From Octopus sinensis (Eukaryota), in assembly GCF_006345805.1 (NCBI RefSeq), contig NC_043021.1, positions 20,956,001-21,020,000 on the forward strand: a stretch of 64,000 nucleotides of DNA, read 5' to 3'. Of this stretch, positions 1-11,095 are shown piece by piece. The first letter of the stretch is position 1. Each line of letters starts with the position of its first letter. The notes beneath the pieces were generated by a model. That model had not been told where the DNA came from, did not search any database, and worked only from the letters and a program-made list of their open reading frames with translations. The position numbers and the translations under genes were made by a program.

Positions 1-450
1 TGACATCAACAGGTTCAAATGCTGCATTCAAGACACTTTGCAGGCATTAATGGCATTCATTAGCCATAAGCAATAAAATTTCTACAGAGAAGGGTGAGAA
101 TGCCAAGTGCTGAAGCCATACCTGTTGAAAGGCACTTTAGATTGAGTTTGTCAATTGACGGTTGCTAATATTCTAATGTCATTCAAAGACTGAGAGATCA
201 TAAGCACTAATTTGAGAAGGATATACTGAGTTACTAGATCTCTCTGTTTATGTATATATTATACATATTCTTTTACTTGTTTCAGTCATTTGACTGCGGC
301 CCTGCTGGAGCACCGCCTTTAGTCGAGCAAATCGACCCCAGGACTTATTCTATCAGTCTCTTTTGTTGAACCGCTAAATTACAGGGATGTAAACACACCA
401 ACACTGGTTGTCAAGCAATGGTGGGGAGACAAAGACACACACACACATAT

Positions 451-621
451 AGGAGTAGGAGTGGCTGTGTGGTAAGTAGCTTGCTTACCAACCACATAGT
501 TCCGGGTTCAGTCCCACTGTGTGGCACCTTGGGCAAGTGTCTTATACTATAGCCTCGGGCCGACCAAAACCTTGTGAGTGGATCTGGTAGACGGAAACTG
601 AAAGAAGCCCGTTGTATATAT

Positions 622-654
<33 letters not shown>

Positions 655-866
655 CGTGTATGTTTGTGTCTGTGTTTGTGCCCCCAACATTGCTTGACAA
701 CCGATGCTGGTTTGTTGACGTCTCCGTAACTTAGCGGTTCGGTATAAGTGACCAATAGAATAAGTACTAGGCTTACAAAGAATAAGTCCTGGGGTCGAGT
801 TGCTTGACTAAAGGTGGTACTCCAGCATGGCCACAGTCAAATGACTGAAACAAGTAAAAAAGTATA
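451..866 (+). mobile_element. tRNA-derived SINE family A, full-length; the most abundant repeat in the window
   Basis: Head GGAGTGGCTGTGTGGTAAG...GGGTTCAGTCCC (A/B-box-like), CCTTGGGCAAGT core, internal (TA/TG)n tract, tail GACTGAAACAAGTAAAAGAG. Roughly 35 copies or halves, e.g. 270-445, 875-1135, 8825-9158, 11226-11720, 12815-12970, 13640-13860, 21005-21215, 23690-24010, 25840-25980, 26943-27210, 32945-33320, 38940-39158, 44060-44332, 44625-44870, 46440-46890, 62320-62530, 63040-63190. Confidence 0.9.
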
Positions 867-1778
867 TACTCTTTACTCTGTTTTACTCTTTTACTTGTTT
901 CAGTCATTTCACTGCGGTCAAGCTGGAGCACCGCATTTAGTTGAGCAAATCAACCCCAGGACTTATTCTTTGTAAGCCTAGGACTTATTCTACTGGTCTG
1001 TTTTGCTGAACTGCTAAGTTACGGGGATGTAAACACACCCGCATCGGTTGTCAAGTGATGTTGGGGGGACAAACACAGACACATATATATATATATATAT
1101 ACATACATACGATGGGCTTCTTTCAGTTTCTGTCTGGTGTTGGTTAGTTTATGTTCCCATATCTTAGCAGTTCAGCAAAAGAAAACAACATAAGTATCAG
1201 GCTAAGGAAAAAAAAAGTACTAAGTTTCATTTGTTTGACTAAACCCTTCAAGCTAGTGCCCCAGCTTGGCTGCAGACCACTGATATATATATATATGTGT
1301 GTGTGTCTAAATTTATCATCATCATCGTTTAGCGTCCGCCTTCCATGCTAGCATGGGTTGGACGGTTCAACTGGGGTGTGGGAAGCCAGAAGGCTGCACC
1401 AGGCCCAGTCTGATCTGGCAATGTTTCTACGGCTGGATGCCCTTCCTAACGTCAACCACTCTGTGAGTGTAGTGGGATTTGGCTTCTACTTCTTGCCAGT
1501 TTAGCAACCATATAGAGATCACTTATTGGTCCATATTAATTTTTAACCTCAGTCAGTCTTAATTCAGTAGACTTATGATCCAACGGTGACCATCTCATCA
1601 GTTTTTGGACATCTAGAATCACATTATACATTATTATGTCCTTGTTTTAAACTACAGTTTGGAGTCTCATTGGAGATTTGGCTGCTATTTCCAGCATATT
1701 GAGCATCTACATAGAGACACTTACTTCAGCTCACACTGTCTCACTGGTTCTCTCCCTCCTCATTAGCCCAAGCTCCTT

Positions 1779-2080
1779 CATCATCATCATCGGTTAGCGT
1801 CCGCTTTCCATGCTAGCATGGGTTGGACGGTTCAACTGGGGTCTGGGAAGCCAGAAGGCTGCACCAGGCCCAGTCTGATCTGGCATTGTTTCTACAGCTG
1901 GATGCCCTTCCTAACACCAACCACTCCGTGAGTGTAGTGGGTGCATTTTACATGCCACCGGCACAGGTGCCAGACGAGGCTGGCAAACGGCCACGATCGG
2001 ATGGTGCTTTTTACGTGCCACCGGCACGGGGGCCAGGCGAGGCTGGCAACGGCCACGATCGGATGGTGCTTTTTACGTGT
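1779..2080 (-). mobile_element. 3'UTR-only copy of the 28.7-kb LINE family (or a SINE sharing its tail)
   Basis: Matches 29760-29965. Other copies at 1316-1476, 14015-14505, 22130-22397+23339-23575, 24413-24742, 31925-32283, 32418-32525, 34215-34320, 42748-43058, 50300-50585, 53268-53410, 63680-63885. Confidence 0.85.
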
Positions 2081-2137
2081 CTATAACAGCAAAAAAAAAA
2101 TATTATTTCCCTCTCAAGTTACACACTACCAACTTAC

Positions 2138-2179
2138 CAGCTTGCAAAGAAACAGTAGCCAAATTTCCCTCATATTATG
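2138..2179 (-). CDS. Candidate 42-nt phase-0 microexon (HNMREIWLLFLCKL)
   Basis: ttcttcacttacaacctag| acceptor and CTG|GTAAGT donor; open in the phase left by exon 2; no homology support. Confidence 0.25.
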
Positions 2180-2372
2180 CTAGGTTGTAAGTGAAGAATG
2201 ATACAATAGACAATATAGCACAACACATGAAAACACTGATGGAGGGATGGCCAGATGTGGTATGCCTTTGATCATAGGCAATGCTTGATCAAAGTTGACC
2301 TGAGGTTAACCACCAACACCACCGCACATATTTCTTCACCTTCAACATAAACATGTTGCAGAAATTTCTTAC

Positions 2373-3540
2373 CTGGCTCTTGAATGCAGATTTTGGTGCA
2401 TCTCTGCAGATATTTTCTTTACCGACTTTCGAATGTCTTTTGATACCAACAGAAACTCTACTGGGTTTCTTCAGGTTTCCACTGTCATTGAGTTGAGAAG
2501 AATACTGACGAATTTCCACTGTACCAGGATCTTCAACCTCTTCCTTTTTCCCAGCACCTTCTTGTGAGCTGTCCAAGATCTTGTTGTGTAGTTTCATTTG
2601 GTTTTCTTCAGCGCTGGCATTAAGATGGCTGCTGCTTCTGTCTTCAAGCTTCCAGCTATCACTCAGATCATTATCACTCAACTGTAAGTCACTATCATCG
2701 TTATCAATGGTAAAACTATTACGCCACTGGCTTGCCCAGTTATCAGAACACAAAATTCTGAGTGGACTTCTAGGTTCATGTTCCTCCTTTGTCGACTCTT
2801 CTAAGAACTTATCCTTGGTGATCTGAAGATGATGGTTTTGAGATTTTGGAGTTTGTGGATATGTTGCTTTGCTTGTGGCATTTGGTGTCCGACAATTTAA
2901 TTCATCATTGTTCAGATAAGGGCTTATGGATGGGGGCTCAACAGGTACGAACTGATCAAGTCTATGGTTTTCCAAAGAAAATTTGCTAGCGACAATATCA
3001 TCATCATCAACATTATCACCACTCCCAATGAAGTAATCAATGAAAAAACTATCTCCACCATCAGTTACATCAATTTCATCATCACAAACCAATTGACCAT
3101 CGGCATTGTCAATAGCAATATCACCCCCCATGCCTATCTCACAAACATTAGTTTCTTCTTTTGGAATATCCCAGCTAGTGGCATCATCGACCTTATCTTT
3201 GGCTTTCTCATAATCATCGAAGAGCACAGCATCCTCGTCAGCTCCAACACTAACACTATGGATATCATCAAAGAAGCCAGTTGTGAGCAGGGCACTGCTA
3301 CTGTCGAAGCATTTATTTCCTCCATCATACAAAGACTTGAAGACTCTGACTGGTGAACTTTCTAAATGATTGCACAATGGTTTCTCAAAAGAGATATTTT
3401 CTCTGTTTGCAGCTGTTTTATGGGCTCGTCTTTTGTCACAATACCCAGGTGATGTTATACTGCTTATTTCTGCAGCATGATTATAACTGGACACAGTGGG
3501 GTAGTTGTCTTTTGAATCGGCTAAAATCTTCTTCCGGTTA
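2373..3540 (-). CDS. Large internal coding exon (1168 nt) of the same gene; acidic, Ser/Asp-rich, probably disordered
   Basis: Lies within the 433-aa ORF 3590-2289; acceptor tttatttgtttgtttcag|T at 3541/3540; donor CAG|GTAAGA at 2373/2372; non-repetitive protein-like composition; joins exon 1 in frame (LLR-S-NRKKIL). Confidence 0.85.
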
Positions 3541-4311
3541 CTGAAACAAACAAATAAAAATAAACAGTAATTAAAAAAAAAAATATACATGGTCTAATCA
3601 ATAAGTATCCAGAATGTTGCCATAGTAATGAAGCTAAAGCATGGTTGTAATAGTCGCAAAGTTTTGGCCGTTGCGAAGGCTTTAGCCCCGGGCCGACTAA
3701 AGCCTTCTGAGTGGATTTGGTAGACGGAAACTGAAAGAAGCCCATCGTATATATGTATATATATATATGTATGTGTGTGTATATGTTTGTGTGTCTGTGT
3801 CCTCCCAACATCGCTTGACATGTATATATATGTATACATGTATATATATATTATATATATATATATATATACATATGTATGTGTGTGTATATGTTTGTGA
3901 GTCTGTGTTTGTCCCCCCAACATCGCTTGACAACCGATGGCGGTATGTTTACGTCCCCCGTAACTTAGCGGTTCGGCAAAAGAGACCGATAGAATAAGTA
4001 CTGGGCTTACAAAAGAATAAGACCTGGGGTCGATTTGCTCGATTTTCTCAACTAAAGGCGGTGCTCCAGCATGGCCGCAGTCAAATGACTGAAACAAGTA
4101 AAAGAATATACAAGCCTATGTTGGTCCAGCAACTTAGGGTTGAAGCGTAATGAACTGACTGCATTATAGTTAGTAGAATAATTAATAAGGAGCATAACCA
4201 TGGTATGACCAACGGTATTCGAACACTACACAAGCGCATGGAATAAACGGTTAGGTTCCAAATTCCGAGAACGTAATCCACTAAGCCTAGTACTTATTCT
4301 CTCTCTCTCTC

Positions 4312-4688
4312 TTTTACTTCTTTCAGTCATTTGACTGCGGCCATGCTGGAGCACCGCCTTTAGTCGAGCAAATCAACCCCGGGACTTATTCTTTGTAAGC
4401 CCAGTACTTATTCCATCAGTCTCTTTTGCCGAACCGCTAAGTGACGGCGACATAAACACACCAGCATCGGTTGTCAAGCAATGCGAGGGGAACAAACACA
4501 GACACACAAACATACATATATATACATATATACGACAGGCTTCTTTCAGTTTCCGTCTACCAAATCCACTCACAAGGCATTGGTCGGCCCGAGGCTATAG
4601 TAGAAGACACCTGTCCAAGATGCCACGCAGTGGGACTGAACCCGGAACCAAGTGGTTGGTAAGCAAGCTACTTACCACACAGCCACTG
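4312..4688 (-). mobile_element. SINE family A, full-length, in intron 1 of the host gene
   Basis: Reverse complement of the family A consensus from tail to tRNA head. Confidence 0.9.
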
Positions 4689-4854
4689 CCGAACCGCTAA
4701 GTTACGGGGACGTAAACATACCGCCATCGGTTGTCAAGCGATGTTGGAGGGACAAACACAGACTCACAAACATATACACACACATACATATGTATATGTA
4801 TACATATATATACATGTCAAGCGATGTTTGGAGGACACAGACACACAAACATAT

Positions 4855-4885
<31 letters not shown>

Positions 4886-5071
4886 CACATATATACGACG
4901 GGCTTCTTTAAGTTTCCGTCTACCAAATCCACTCACAAGTCTTTGGTCGACCCGAGGCTAAAGCCTTCGCAACGGCCGAAACTTTGCGACTATTACAACA
5001 AAAAGAAATATTCCCCACTTCTCCACTCGTATTAGATAAAGACAAAAGTATCAGAAACCCATAAGGTATAC

Positions 5072-5184
5072 CTGCGGAGTAGTTTGTGAATATCTTGTAG
5101 AGAATCCGCCGTTTCTTGTCCGGCGACGACGAGTCTGCTCAAAAGTTTCTCACATTGTTTTCGTTTTTCCATCAAAACGTCCAT
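5072..5184 (-). CDS. First coding exon of an unidentified host gene (MDVLMEKRKQCEKLLSRLVVAGQETADSLQDIHKLLR + AG)
   Basis: ATG at 5184-5182 with an upstream in-frame TAA; 113 nt open (37 codons + 2 nt); donor CAG|GTATAC at 5071; phase 2 matches the acceptor at 3540; amphipathic helix-like peptide. Confidence 0.7.
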
Positions 5185-5189
5185 AATTT

Positions 5190-5420
5190 GTTGACGAATA
5201 ATTTCTCTCACATATTAAGCATAAGAGAAATTTTTCAATATTTGAATATTTCTCGTAAAAGAAGGATTTCTACCGACAAAAATATTGCAAACGGCTGCGC
5301 TTAGAGACTTCGTATTTTTGCAAGTCTGAACCTGGCGAAACTTTTGAATTGATCAGATGCCGGAAGTTAAGACATGGGAAATAACTCATATATAATGATT
5401 TCTTAGAGTTACCGACCCTT
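5190..5420 (-). promoter_or_regulatory. Putative core promoter/5'UTR of the minus-strand gene
   Basis: Unique, CpG-containing 230 bp between the ATG and the first TE; CCGGAAGT (ETS/GABP-type) at 5360-5367; GGCGA-N4-TTTGAA (CDE/CHR-like) at 5334-5348. Confidence 0.45.
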
Positions 5421-5423
5421 GTA

Positions 5424-5956
5424 ATTCTGCTGTGTCTGGGGAGAGTCATTCTCTTTTTGTGCCTTATAATATAACACACGTGGAGGCGCAATGGCCTAGT
5501 GGTTAGGGCAGCGGACTCGCGGTCGTAGGATCGTGGTTTCGATTCCCAGACCGGGCGTTGTGAGTGTTTATTGAGCGAAAACACCTAAAAGCTCCACGAG
5601 GCTCCGGCAGGGGATGGTGGTGATCCCTGCTGTACTCTTTCGCCACAACTTTCTCTCACTCTTTCTTCTGTTGGCCTGCTCGCTTAGCCAGCGGGGTGGC
5701 GTCATTTGAAGGCTAAAACAATGCGAAGCGCATTGTGACCAGCGATGTGTAACAACATCTGATGGCCTGGTCGGTCACGGAAAAGGAAAAGAAATATAAC
5801 ACACACACTGGTAAAATTTCCGCGTTTTTCTTATTTTTATTTTCCTAAAATTTTCGTTGCGTCTTGCAATCTTTTCAATAGTTCTGACTATTGAATAGGT
5901 GAGTGTGTTAAATTATAAAACACAAACAGAAAATGACTCTCCCCAGACAACAGAAT
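5424..5956. mobile_element. Short inverted-repeat element (TCTGGGGAGAGTCATT family), split by the family C SINE
   Basis: About 55-bp terminal inverted repeats; same family as 7558-7769 and 51085-51568. Confidence 0.7.
5480..5792 (+). mobile_element. tRNA-Arg-like SINE (family C) with 12-bp TSD, nested in an inverted-repeat element
   Basis: Head GTGGAGGCGCAATGGCCTAGTGG...GGTTTCGATTCCC resembles tRNA-Arg; TSD AATATAACACAC at 5468-5479 and 5793-5804. Confidence 0.9.
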
Positions 5957-6087
5957 ATGGTAAAAGTTTTTATTTTTTATTCCCTTGAAATTGCTCATAA
6001 ATGTGGTTTTGGATGTTCTTGACTGCTCCTTCTAGCACGTAAGGTGGCCTGTTAAAGGTCACCTCTTTTGTGTTTAAATATACACTA

Positions 6088-6131
<44 letters not shown>

Positions 6132-6132
<1 letters not shown>

Positions 6133-7294
6133 GTTACGGAACGGACGGAATCGCCCGCCGTCGTCGCCCGCCGTCGTCGCTCGCCCCGAACGGCTCACAC
6201 AAGTTCCGCCACGGAACCCAAAGAGGCGGAGAGAGGAGATACAGATAGATACTGCCACAACCTCAACAGCACAGAGATACAGAGGCACAACCCGAGATAC
6301 AACCCAAAGAGGCAAGGCAACAACTGGCAACACTGGCTTATATTCAAACAACAGTTTATACGACAATTACAATTGTTACAACATCAAGATACATCAAAGC
6401 ATGCACGTGACTACTCAATACATAATACAACAGCATTTCAAGAGTACAACTCAAAGCATAATACAACATCATGTAACAATTCAAGAGTACACGTCCCAAG
6501 ACAACAGTTCTTTAAAGTCTCTTCCTAAACATCACAATCAACAAGTCCTTTACTCTTCTTCTCACAATGTCCTTTATCGACCACATCGACAGAGTCCTTG
6601 ACTATTCTTTTCACTGTTCAATACACCGTGACACATATCAATGCACAAACACATACCTCAATTCCTAATTGAATCTGCCAGTGTCCCATTCCTCTCAATA
6701 CTGCTAATTCCTCTGAATACTGCTAATTCCCTTCTGTGCCGCCAAGCTTTCTCGCATCCAACTTGCTCCTAAGAATTCCAACGCTTGCTCCTTAAATCCA
6801 AGGTCCGTCTGTCTTCTTCGAGGACCGGCCAGCGACTCCAAGATCCGTCTGTGTTCCTCGACGACCGCTCAACGACTGCCAAGACCTCACTTCGTCTCTG
6901 TCCTTCTTCCACTCCCTCATCTCCCTCTGTACCGCTCACACCCTCTCTAACTGCCCTGGTCCCTATACTCTATCTATATCCTCAATCTGTCCCTTACTGC
7001 TTATCCTTTCTATTTGCCCTCTGCTCTTACTCTATCGCTATCGCCTACTGTCCCTTACCCTCTCCTGACAGCTCTACCATACTCTCTGCCTGTCCCTCTC
7101 TGCCCCCTCATCCTCTCTCACGACATATTCAAGGGGTGTCCAGAGCGACCCCTAATTCACCCGCACAAGGTCACAGGTCATTCCAAAACCCATTAGTCCT
7201 CCATTAGACAAAAGACTGTCACATTTTCACCAGACATGATGGTGCCATTATTCCTATGTGGGACAGAAACACTGCACTAGTTAAACCCGTAACA
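6132..7294. mobile_element. Solo LTR (1163 bp), probably Ty3/Gypsy
   Basis: TGTTACGG...CCGTAACA terminal inverted 8-mer with TG..CA ends; 4-bp TSD ATAT at 6128-6131 and 7295-7298; composition distinct from the flanks; no coding remnants. Confidence 0.75.
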
Positions 7295-7557
7295 ATATTA
7301 ATAAATAAAACATATGCATATATATATACATATATGTACGTACCTACCTCTACATGTATATATACACGCATATATGAGGACAGGACACCAAAAAAACGTC
7401 GAACACAATGAGAAACGAAAACATAGACACAAACCCAAGGAACTGGGCATTTTTCTTAAACAACAAAAAAATAGAGTACAGGACGAATAACACAAGGAAA
7501 AAAACCCCTTCTTCAGTCGCCATGGTTTCATCTACTCTACGTTTCGAAATATATATA

Positions 7558-7769
7558 CTATTGTGCCTGGGGAGAGTCATTTTCTTTTTGTGCCTTATAA
7601 TGTAACATACTCAACAGTAAAATTTCCACTTATTTCTTATTTTTATTTTCCTAAAATTTTCGTTGCGTCTTGCAACCTTTTCAATAGGAAATAAGTGGAA
7701 ATTTTACCGGTGAGTGTGTTACATTATAAGGCACAAAAAGAAAATTACTCTCCCCAGACACAACAGAAT
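7558..7769. mobile_element. Short inverted-repeat element (TCTGGGGAGAGTCATT family)
   Basis: About 75-bp inverted arms around TTTTCGTTGCGTCTTGCAACCTTTTCAATAG. Confidence 0.75.
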
Positions 7770-8066
7770 ATGCTTCAACACACGAACTTATATAAAGAAT
7801 CTTGCAAACCAAATCCCCAAACGAAATACAACCCTTGTAAATTAAAAAACAAAGAAAAAACTCGGGAAAAGGCCTATACAGAAAAGTTAATTTTTTGCAT
7901 GGGTTTTTTTCGAACACCTTTCAAAAACTCACAAAAACTCTAACCTAGGTTGGCATATCAGTATTAGTCAAAATTTGCATTCTATTGATAGAAATGGTAA
8001 TACAACAAAAGAATGAAAGAGACCTTGATATTATGTAAATAAAGAAATTTATCTGTAAATATAATA

Positions 8067-8560
8067 TGTGACAATATTTGGTAGCCATGATAAAACTCCG
8101 AGTCTCGGATGTCGGGCGGAAACCCACGCCGGGATCTCTTCAGTTATTGGGCCATTGAAAAAAATGCTATGAAAATGACCGTTAAACAAAGGGAAATTTC
8201 TGTGTGATTGACCGTTATTAAGACAAAAGAGCTATTAGAATGACCCCTAAGTAAGGGTAGGGAGTAAAGGTAAGGGAATAAAAATGTGGACGTGCAAGTG
8301 TATGTATAGATATGCACACTTACGCGAATACTACGAACCTTTTTACCCCCTTACCTTTACTCCCTCCCCTAACTTAGTGGTCATTCTAATAGCTCTTTTG
8401 TCTTAATAGCGGTCAATCACACAGTAATTTTCCTTTGTTTAATGGTCATTTTTCATAGCATTTTTTTCGATGGCCTGATAACTGAAGAGATGCCGGTGAT
8501 GGTTTCCTCCCCGACATCTGAAACTTGGAGTTTTATTATGGCTACCAAATAACTGTCACA
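8067..8560. mobile_element. Foldback/MITE-like element with about 215-bp imperfect inverted arms
   Basis: TGTGACA...TGTCACA ends; arms about 8067-8283 and 8340-8560. Confidence 0.8.
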
Positions 8561-8589
8561 CTTTAAAATGGGCCAGTTATGCAACACTG

Positions 8590-8800
8590 GCATCGGCCAT
8601 GGCCACTATTTCACTTGGCTTGCCGAGTCTTCTCAAGCACAGCATATCTCCAAAGGTCTTGGTTGCTTGTTATTGCCTCTGTGAGGCCCAACGTTTGAAG
8701 GTTGTGCTTCACCACCTCATCCCAGGTCTTCCTGGGTCTACCTCTTCCACAGGTTCCCTCCACTGTTAGAGTGTGACACTTCTTCACACAACTGTCCTCG
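8590..8800 (-). mobile_element. RTE LINE 3' ORF fragment, same family as 28736-29965
   Basis: CVKKCHTLTVEGTCGRGRPRKTWDEVVKH matches the peptide encoded near 29430-29520. Confidence 0.85.
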
Positions 8801-9351
8801 GTACTTATTTTATTGACCCCAAAAAGATCTTGGGCATGTGTCTTTTACTATAGCCTCAGGCTGACCAAAGCCTTGTGAGTGGATTTGGTAGACAGAAACT
8901 GAAAGAAGCCCGTCGTATATATGTATATATATATGTATGTGTGTGTATATGTTTGTGTGTGAGTGTTTTCCCTCCCAACATCGCTTGACAACTGATGCTG
9001 GTTTGTTTATGTCCCTGTAACTTAGCAGTTCGGCAAAAGAGGCTGATAGAATAGGTACTAGGCTTACAAAGAATAAGTCCTGGGGTCGATTTGCTCGACT
9101 AAAGGTGGTGCTCCAGCATGGCCACAGTCAAATGACTGAAACAATTAAAAAGAGTAAAAGTCCCAAAATACGCAATGGACATTTAGGACAAACTTACGAA
9201 AGTGCTTTGGACTGGCAAAGAATTAATTTTTGTCTCCTTAAATCCCCAAATAAGTTCCTTCCTTCCACCTTTCAGCCGCAGATGACACAGCTACTTCTCA
9301 TCATCACCAATAAGTTTTCCAGTGGGGCTCTCAGACCTGGTTTCTATAGAT

Positions 9352-9560
9352 CAGTGGCTCTCAACCCCTTTTTGCATACGGACCCCTTTATTTCTCATGT
9401 TAGTCTACTGGACCCCCCCATAACCATTTGATGTTCGAAATAAAATCCTTTTATACTTTTATAATTAAATATCATTAGGAACTCTATAAAAAAAATTGTT
9501 AAAATATTTTGTTGATTGTAGCTGTATAACCAATTTTTAACCATATGTGTACCCCCAAAA
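9352..9560. mobile_element. hAT MITE left-end fragment
   Basis: CAGTGGCTCTCAACCC terminus and GGACCCC subterminal motifs; no right end found. Confidence 0.5.
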
Positions 9561-9944
9561 GACTGTTATATATAACCATATCCTATTGTTGCCACGAGAG
9601 GAAAGTGGGCAATACCTATTTCTTTACTACCCACAAGGGGTTAAACATAGAAGGGACAAACAAGGTCAGATAAATGGATTAAGTCGATTATATCGACCAC
9701 AGTGCATAACTGGTCCTTATTTAATCGACCCCGAAAGGACGAAAGGCAAAGTCAACCTCGGCGGAATTTGAACTCAGAATGTAGCGGCAGACGAAATACT
9801 GCTAAGCATTTTGCCCGGCATGCTAACGATTCTGCCAGCTCGCTGCCAAAGAGACAATACCAATGGACCAAGAAGCAGCTATCAGCGTTAACCACCACAA
9901 GATGGAAAAAGCGAACCAATTCACTTATTTGGGCAGAGTTGTAA

Positions 9945-10260
9945 GCAACTCAAGCAATGTGGAACCAGACATAGACTGCAAGATCGGAAAGGCAGCATCA
10001 GTGTTTTAGCATATGCAGTCCATCTGGGCAGTCTCAGACATCAGAATTGATGTGAAATTTCATCTATATAACTCCATTGTTTTACATTCTGCAACCTATA
10101 AATCAGTGAGATATGAAAGAGAACAGTAGGGATGGCTAGGAAACTGAATGTATTCCCCCTGAGGTTTCTCAAAAAGATTTTGAAGTCAACTGGTGGATCT
10201 ACGAGGAGAAACTGAGAAGAGTGAGGCCATGACCACAATAAGAGTACCGATTCTATCTTG
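9945..10260 (+). mobile_element. Degraded RTE-like RT C-terminal fragment
   Basis: DIDCKIGKAASVF*HMQSIW...KFHLYNSIV with stops and frameshifts. Confidence 0.55.
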
Positions 10261-10561
10261 CAAACCATTGAAGCTATAATACAAGATACGTGCCCAAAGT
10301 TCCATGCAGTGAGACTGAACCTAGAACAATATGGTTGGGAAGCAAGCTTCTAACCCCACAGCTATGATTATCGAAGCATAGATACCAACTCATACACACA
10401 AACAGACGTATATACATTTCTCACAACATGGTTCTGGTTTCAGTCCCACTGCATGGCACCTTGGGCAAGTAGCTTCTACTATAGCCATGTGCCAACCAAA
10501 GTCTTGTGAGTGGATTTGGTAGATGGAAACTGAAGGAAGCCTGCCACATACATACATACAT

Positions 10562-10978
10562 AGTTGATGATGGCCGTCCACTTGTGACTGAGGAAGACCA
10601 TTGCCGACCTTCAGGAACATTGTGCGCTCTAGGACTAACTTATATTTTGCACTTGCGGCTCCGTTGGTGGCTCATGAGCCCTGCTCTTGACAAGCATACA
10701 CGACTGCAAACATTGCAGACCAAGCTTTCCCCATTCACTATACGAGCCGTGCGCCTTCGCGCATCTCCCTTAAGTTCTTCTTGCTGAATATGTGCCCTCT
10801 CAAAAGTGTTGACCCCTCCTTAACCTGCTTCCTCCATCTGTGGCAATGACAGGCATTGTTCTCCCAGTCAGCGTCCTGCATATCAAAGGCCTTTAATGAG
10901 GACTTGACACAGTCCTTAAATCACAGCCTTGGTTTCTGCCGGAGTCTCCTTCCATTCACAAGTTCTCCATAGAGCATA
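10562..10978 (-). mobile_element. RTE/BovB-type LINE 3' end with C-terminal C2H2 finger
   Basis: MLYGELVNGRR..KPRL*FKDCVKSSLKAF; CNVCSRVCLSRAGLMSHQRSRKC. Confidence 0.75.
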
Positions 10979-11047
10979 TATATATATATAGGTGTGTGAG
11001 TGTGTACGTGTGTATGTCGTGTGTATATAAATATATATATATATATT

Positions 11048-11095
<48 letters not shown>

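Noticed and set aside
1-190. Possible next exon of the minus-strand gene
   Set aside because: Several AG candidates each give a short frame ending in a stop; not resolvable without transcripts
2964-3356. 130-aa + strand ORF, and 2581-2826
   Set aside because: Antisense shadows of the real minus-strand exon
2289-5184. Assigning a RecQ/BLM- or SLX4-type gene symbol
   Set aside because: Only general composition fits; no diagnostic domain lies in the window
5480-5560. tRNA-Arg-like sequence (also 59139, 60579, 63888, 40464)
   Set aside because: Acceptor stem is broken and each copy continues into a shared SINE body; these are SINE heads, not tRNA genes
6070-7207. ORFs of 140-156 aa inside the LTR
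   Set aside because: Low-complexity products of A/C skew; no gag, pol or env motifs
7495-7550. CUGAAGA and GAAAC motifs on the minus strand
   Set aside because: Wrong order and no GAAA after the possible stem II; at best rearranged debris
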